A stretch of 64,000 nucleotides of DNA from Oikopleura dioica (lineage: Eukaryota > Animalia > Chordata): NCBI GenBank assembly GCA_907165135.1, contig OU015566.1, positions 10,850,001 to 10,914,000 of the forward strand, written 5' to 3'. The translations under genes were made by a program, and so were the position numbers. The notes under the pieces were generated by a model. That model was given only the letters and a program-made list of their open reading frames with translations, did not search any database and was not told the DNA's origin. Of this stretch, positions 61,797-64,000 are shown piece by piece (within the stretch, counting starts at the first letter, position 1; each line of letters opens with the position of its first letter).

Positions 61797-62141
61797 GTTG
61801 TTTCGCAATCAAACCTGCTCTCTTTCGGGAGTAATATTGGACATCTCGTTAACTTTTTTCCGATGTTTTTGATGATGGTGCTTATTTTCACGTAGTTCCG
61901 ATTGAAGCTGCTGAGAGACATCTTCGAGCCGGATATAATGATAGAATTGGATTTCCTGACTTTCAAGGAAGAAATACGCCGCTAAGTTATTATTAAGTTA
62001 TATTTCTTCGAAGGGTTCATTAAAAAATGGCGAGCAGGTGTTGCGCAGTTTTAGAAGCGCTTAATGAGCAGAGTGAGGCACCACCAGTCGCGAGGCAAGA
62101 ATTTCGCTGGTGGTTTTGGCGGTGGTGAACTTCGACGCTCA
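61797..62141 (-). CDS. Putative 5' exons of a type II membrane protein; downstream exons not found
   Basis: MSERRSSPPPKPPAKFLPRDWWCLTLLI, then after a TTAG acceptor AYFFLESQEIQFYHYIRLEDVSQQLQSELRENKHHHQKHRKKVNEMSNITPEREQ|GT. The first donor would be non-canonical; boundaries approximate. Confidence 0.3.
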
Positions 62142-64000
62142 GACATTTGTGTGAATTGCTAATTCCATAACCAACCTTAAATACACTGTCGAGTACTTTG
62201 CGGGCCATAAACACCATCAAATAATTAATTTGTTAGGAGCGGTAGCTTCTTAAAAACTGACGTCGCCTGATGATGTAACAAGTGGAGCAGAGGGTTTAAA
62301 AGCGTGCGCCCTCATATTTCCCATGCATGATCGGCCCGTGCGCTAGAATCCAAAAAGCGTTTAGTGAAAATAATTATCATACTAATTCAATGAGAAAGAG
62401 ATCGCTATATCATAGCCTATATGCATAGAAATACCGCCCGATAGAAGGAATCCAACTTGAACTCAATAATTTCAACGTTTCTTCTCTTAAAAGTTTTTCC
62501 TGCATGCTCACGTGACTTTACGAAAAATAAACCAACCCAAAAATTTAACGGGGCCAAAATAAATTTAAAATCCCGAGGTCAGGATTTTCTCGCAAAGGCT
62601 TGTTTTTGACGCACTTTGTTAGGGTACGTGGCGAGTTTGTCACATGATTGCTGCTGTCATTTCGATTTTCATCGGTTTGGAATTCAAAACATTCCAGTTT
62701 ACGAATTTTTGGAAGGGCGGGTGTGACACTTGTGATCCGTAAACTCAGTAAACGTCCCTGCCGTCATCAAATTATACAAAAGCAGTTTGGGTTCAATATT
62801 CACTGTATTTTAGCATTGGCAGCTGGGGATTTTAGTCTTTGGGTGATCGGATATTTCAAACAGATATGCCCCTCCTAATTTACGTAAGGGTGTAACTTCT
62901 TCAACGAACTTTTTTGTTTGGGGCAAATAAAAAGTAAACGTAGCACAAAACGTACGGCGACATAAGAAAACTGGTACAAGGGTGGGATTGTCGTCTACCA
63001 GTGAAAATTTGATAAACCTATTGAACACTTGCGCTGAGACTCCTCAACGATAAGGCCTCGGTGAGAGATTATTACGTAAGGAAAGAGACAGGCCTGAACC
63101 GCAATAAATTTCAGCCATAATGAGATTCGTGATTTTTTTATTACTGAGGCTGTAGAACGTTTCTTCCAAATGCCTTCTATATTTGTCGGAGCTCTGATGT
63201 GGGAGGCGGCTACCGGTAGATAGGAACTGAGTTTACGCAGCTTTTGGAGCACCTAAGTGATGCTCCGTGGTGTTGTAAACGTGGTGGTGTAAATAAGCCG
63301 ATTTCATCAGGGAGCGTTGGACTTGCTCCTTCCTCCACCACCAAGAGTTGTACCACGTCATCCAAGTTGCGAAAGTTTGTTTATCACATCTCAAGCAACC
63401 GGTAGTTCCGCTCTTGATCAAACGATCAAAATTTCAGTTGAGCCGTGATTCAGAATCGTGTTCCCAATTAACCTATCACGTGTCAAATGCTCTTTTCATG
63501 GATAATTAAGAATTGGTTAGAACGCGTGCCTAGCTTTCTTTGGATTAAAGGTGGCGAACTTTTCCTGAATCTCTTCTCGCAATTTTTAACCTAGTTCCTC
63601 GCAACTGTCAGTCACGACTTGTCATCACCGCGATATTAGCTGTTAAACCTTGCATAATCTCAAATGTCTAGTTCAATTAAGTTTGACAAAGCTTCCACGG
63701 ACACCATTTCCGTTCTGATGCCAGGTTTTTACTGAATTTAAAAGGAAATAAGGGTGTCACAATATAAAACCTCGGGAAACAGCCAAATAGTAAATCGGTT
63801 TATTTATATCTAGACGTCTTATTTTTCAGCTAACTTGGCGCGTTTGGAACTTGACTTTAGAAAGCAAATCACTTGCAAGACGATAAACTGCAAGTTGAGT
63901 ATCTGATAGTGGCAAAACTGCTTGAGTTTGGATGCTTTTATCGTTCTACTCGAGAAAGTGATAAGAGCTGACTCTCGCACTTCAAGTGTTTTATAAATTG

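Noticed and set aside
63200-63400. Minus-strand frame LDDVVQLLVVEEGASPTLPDEIG resembling an ankyrin repeat
   Set aside because: A single imperfect repeat bounded by stops, with no splice context.

Overview
Compact animal genomic DNA. It is inferred to be the larvacean tunicate Oikopleura dioica or a close relative, from its 40-70 nt introns, GA-AG/GC-AG introns, tightly packed co-oriented genes with unpaired upstream acceptors, and chordate-like proteins. The first ~54 kb is gene-dense. It holds SLC26A11, a Met-rich secreted protein, a TSP1/EGF/Sushi/vWA mosaic protein, and two MNS1 paralogues in divergent operon-like clusters with EMC4 and UBE3A. It also holds Osr, a CUB-Sushi membrane protein, VAC14, the PKA catalytic subunit, a thioredoxin-like gene, an alpha-amylase fused to two trefoil-like domains, and an FBXO30/40-like gene with a catalytically dead PLA2-like gene nested antisense. 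A near-identical 4.94 kb tandem duplication spans 44560-54433. The last ~9.5 kb has no clearly identifiable gene. The strongest unannotated signal is in the 6.4 kb first intron of PKA: five ATG-initiated, phase-1 first exons, each able to splice in frame to the common exon 2. No rRNA, tRNA or CRISPR array was recognised. All gene models were built by eye, and no database search was run.
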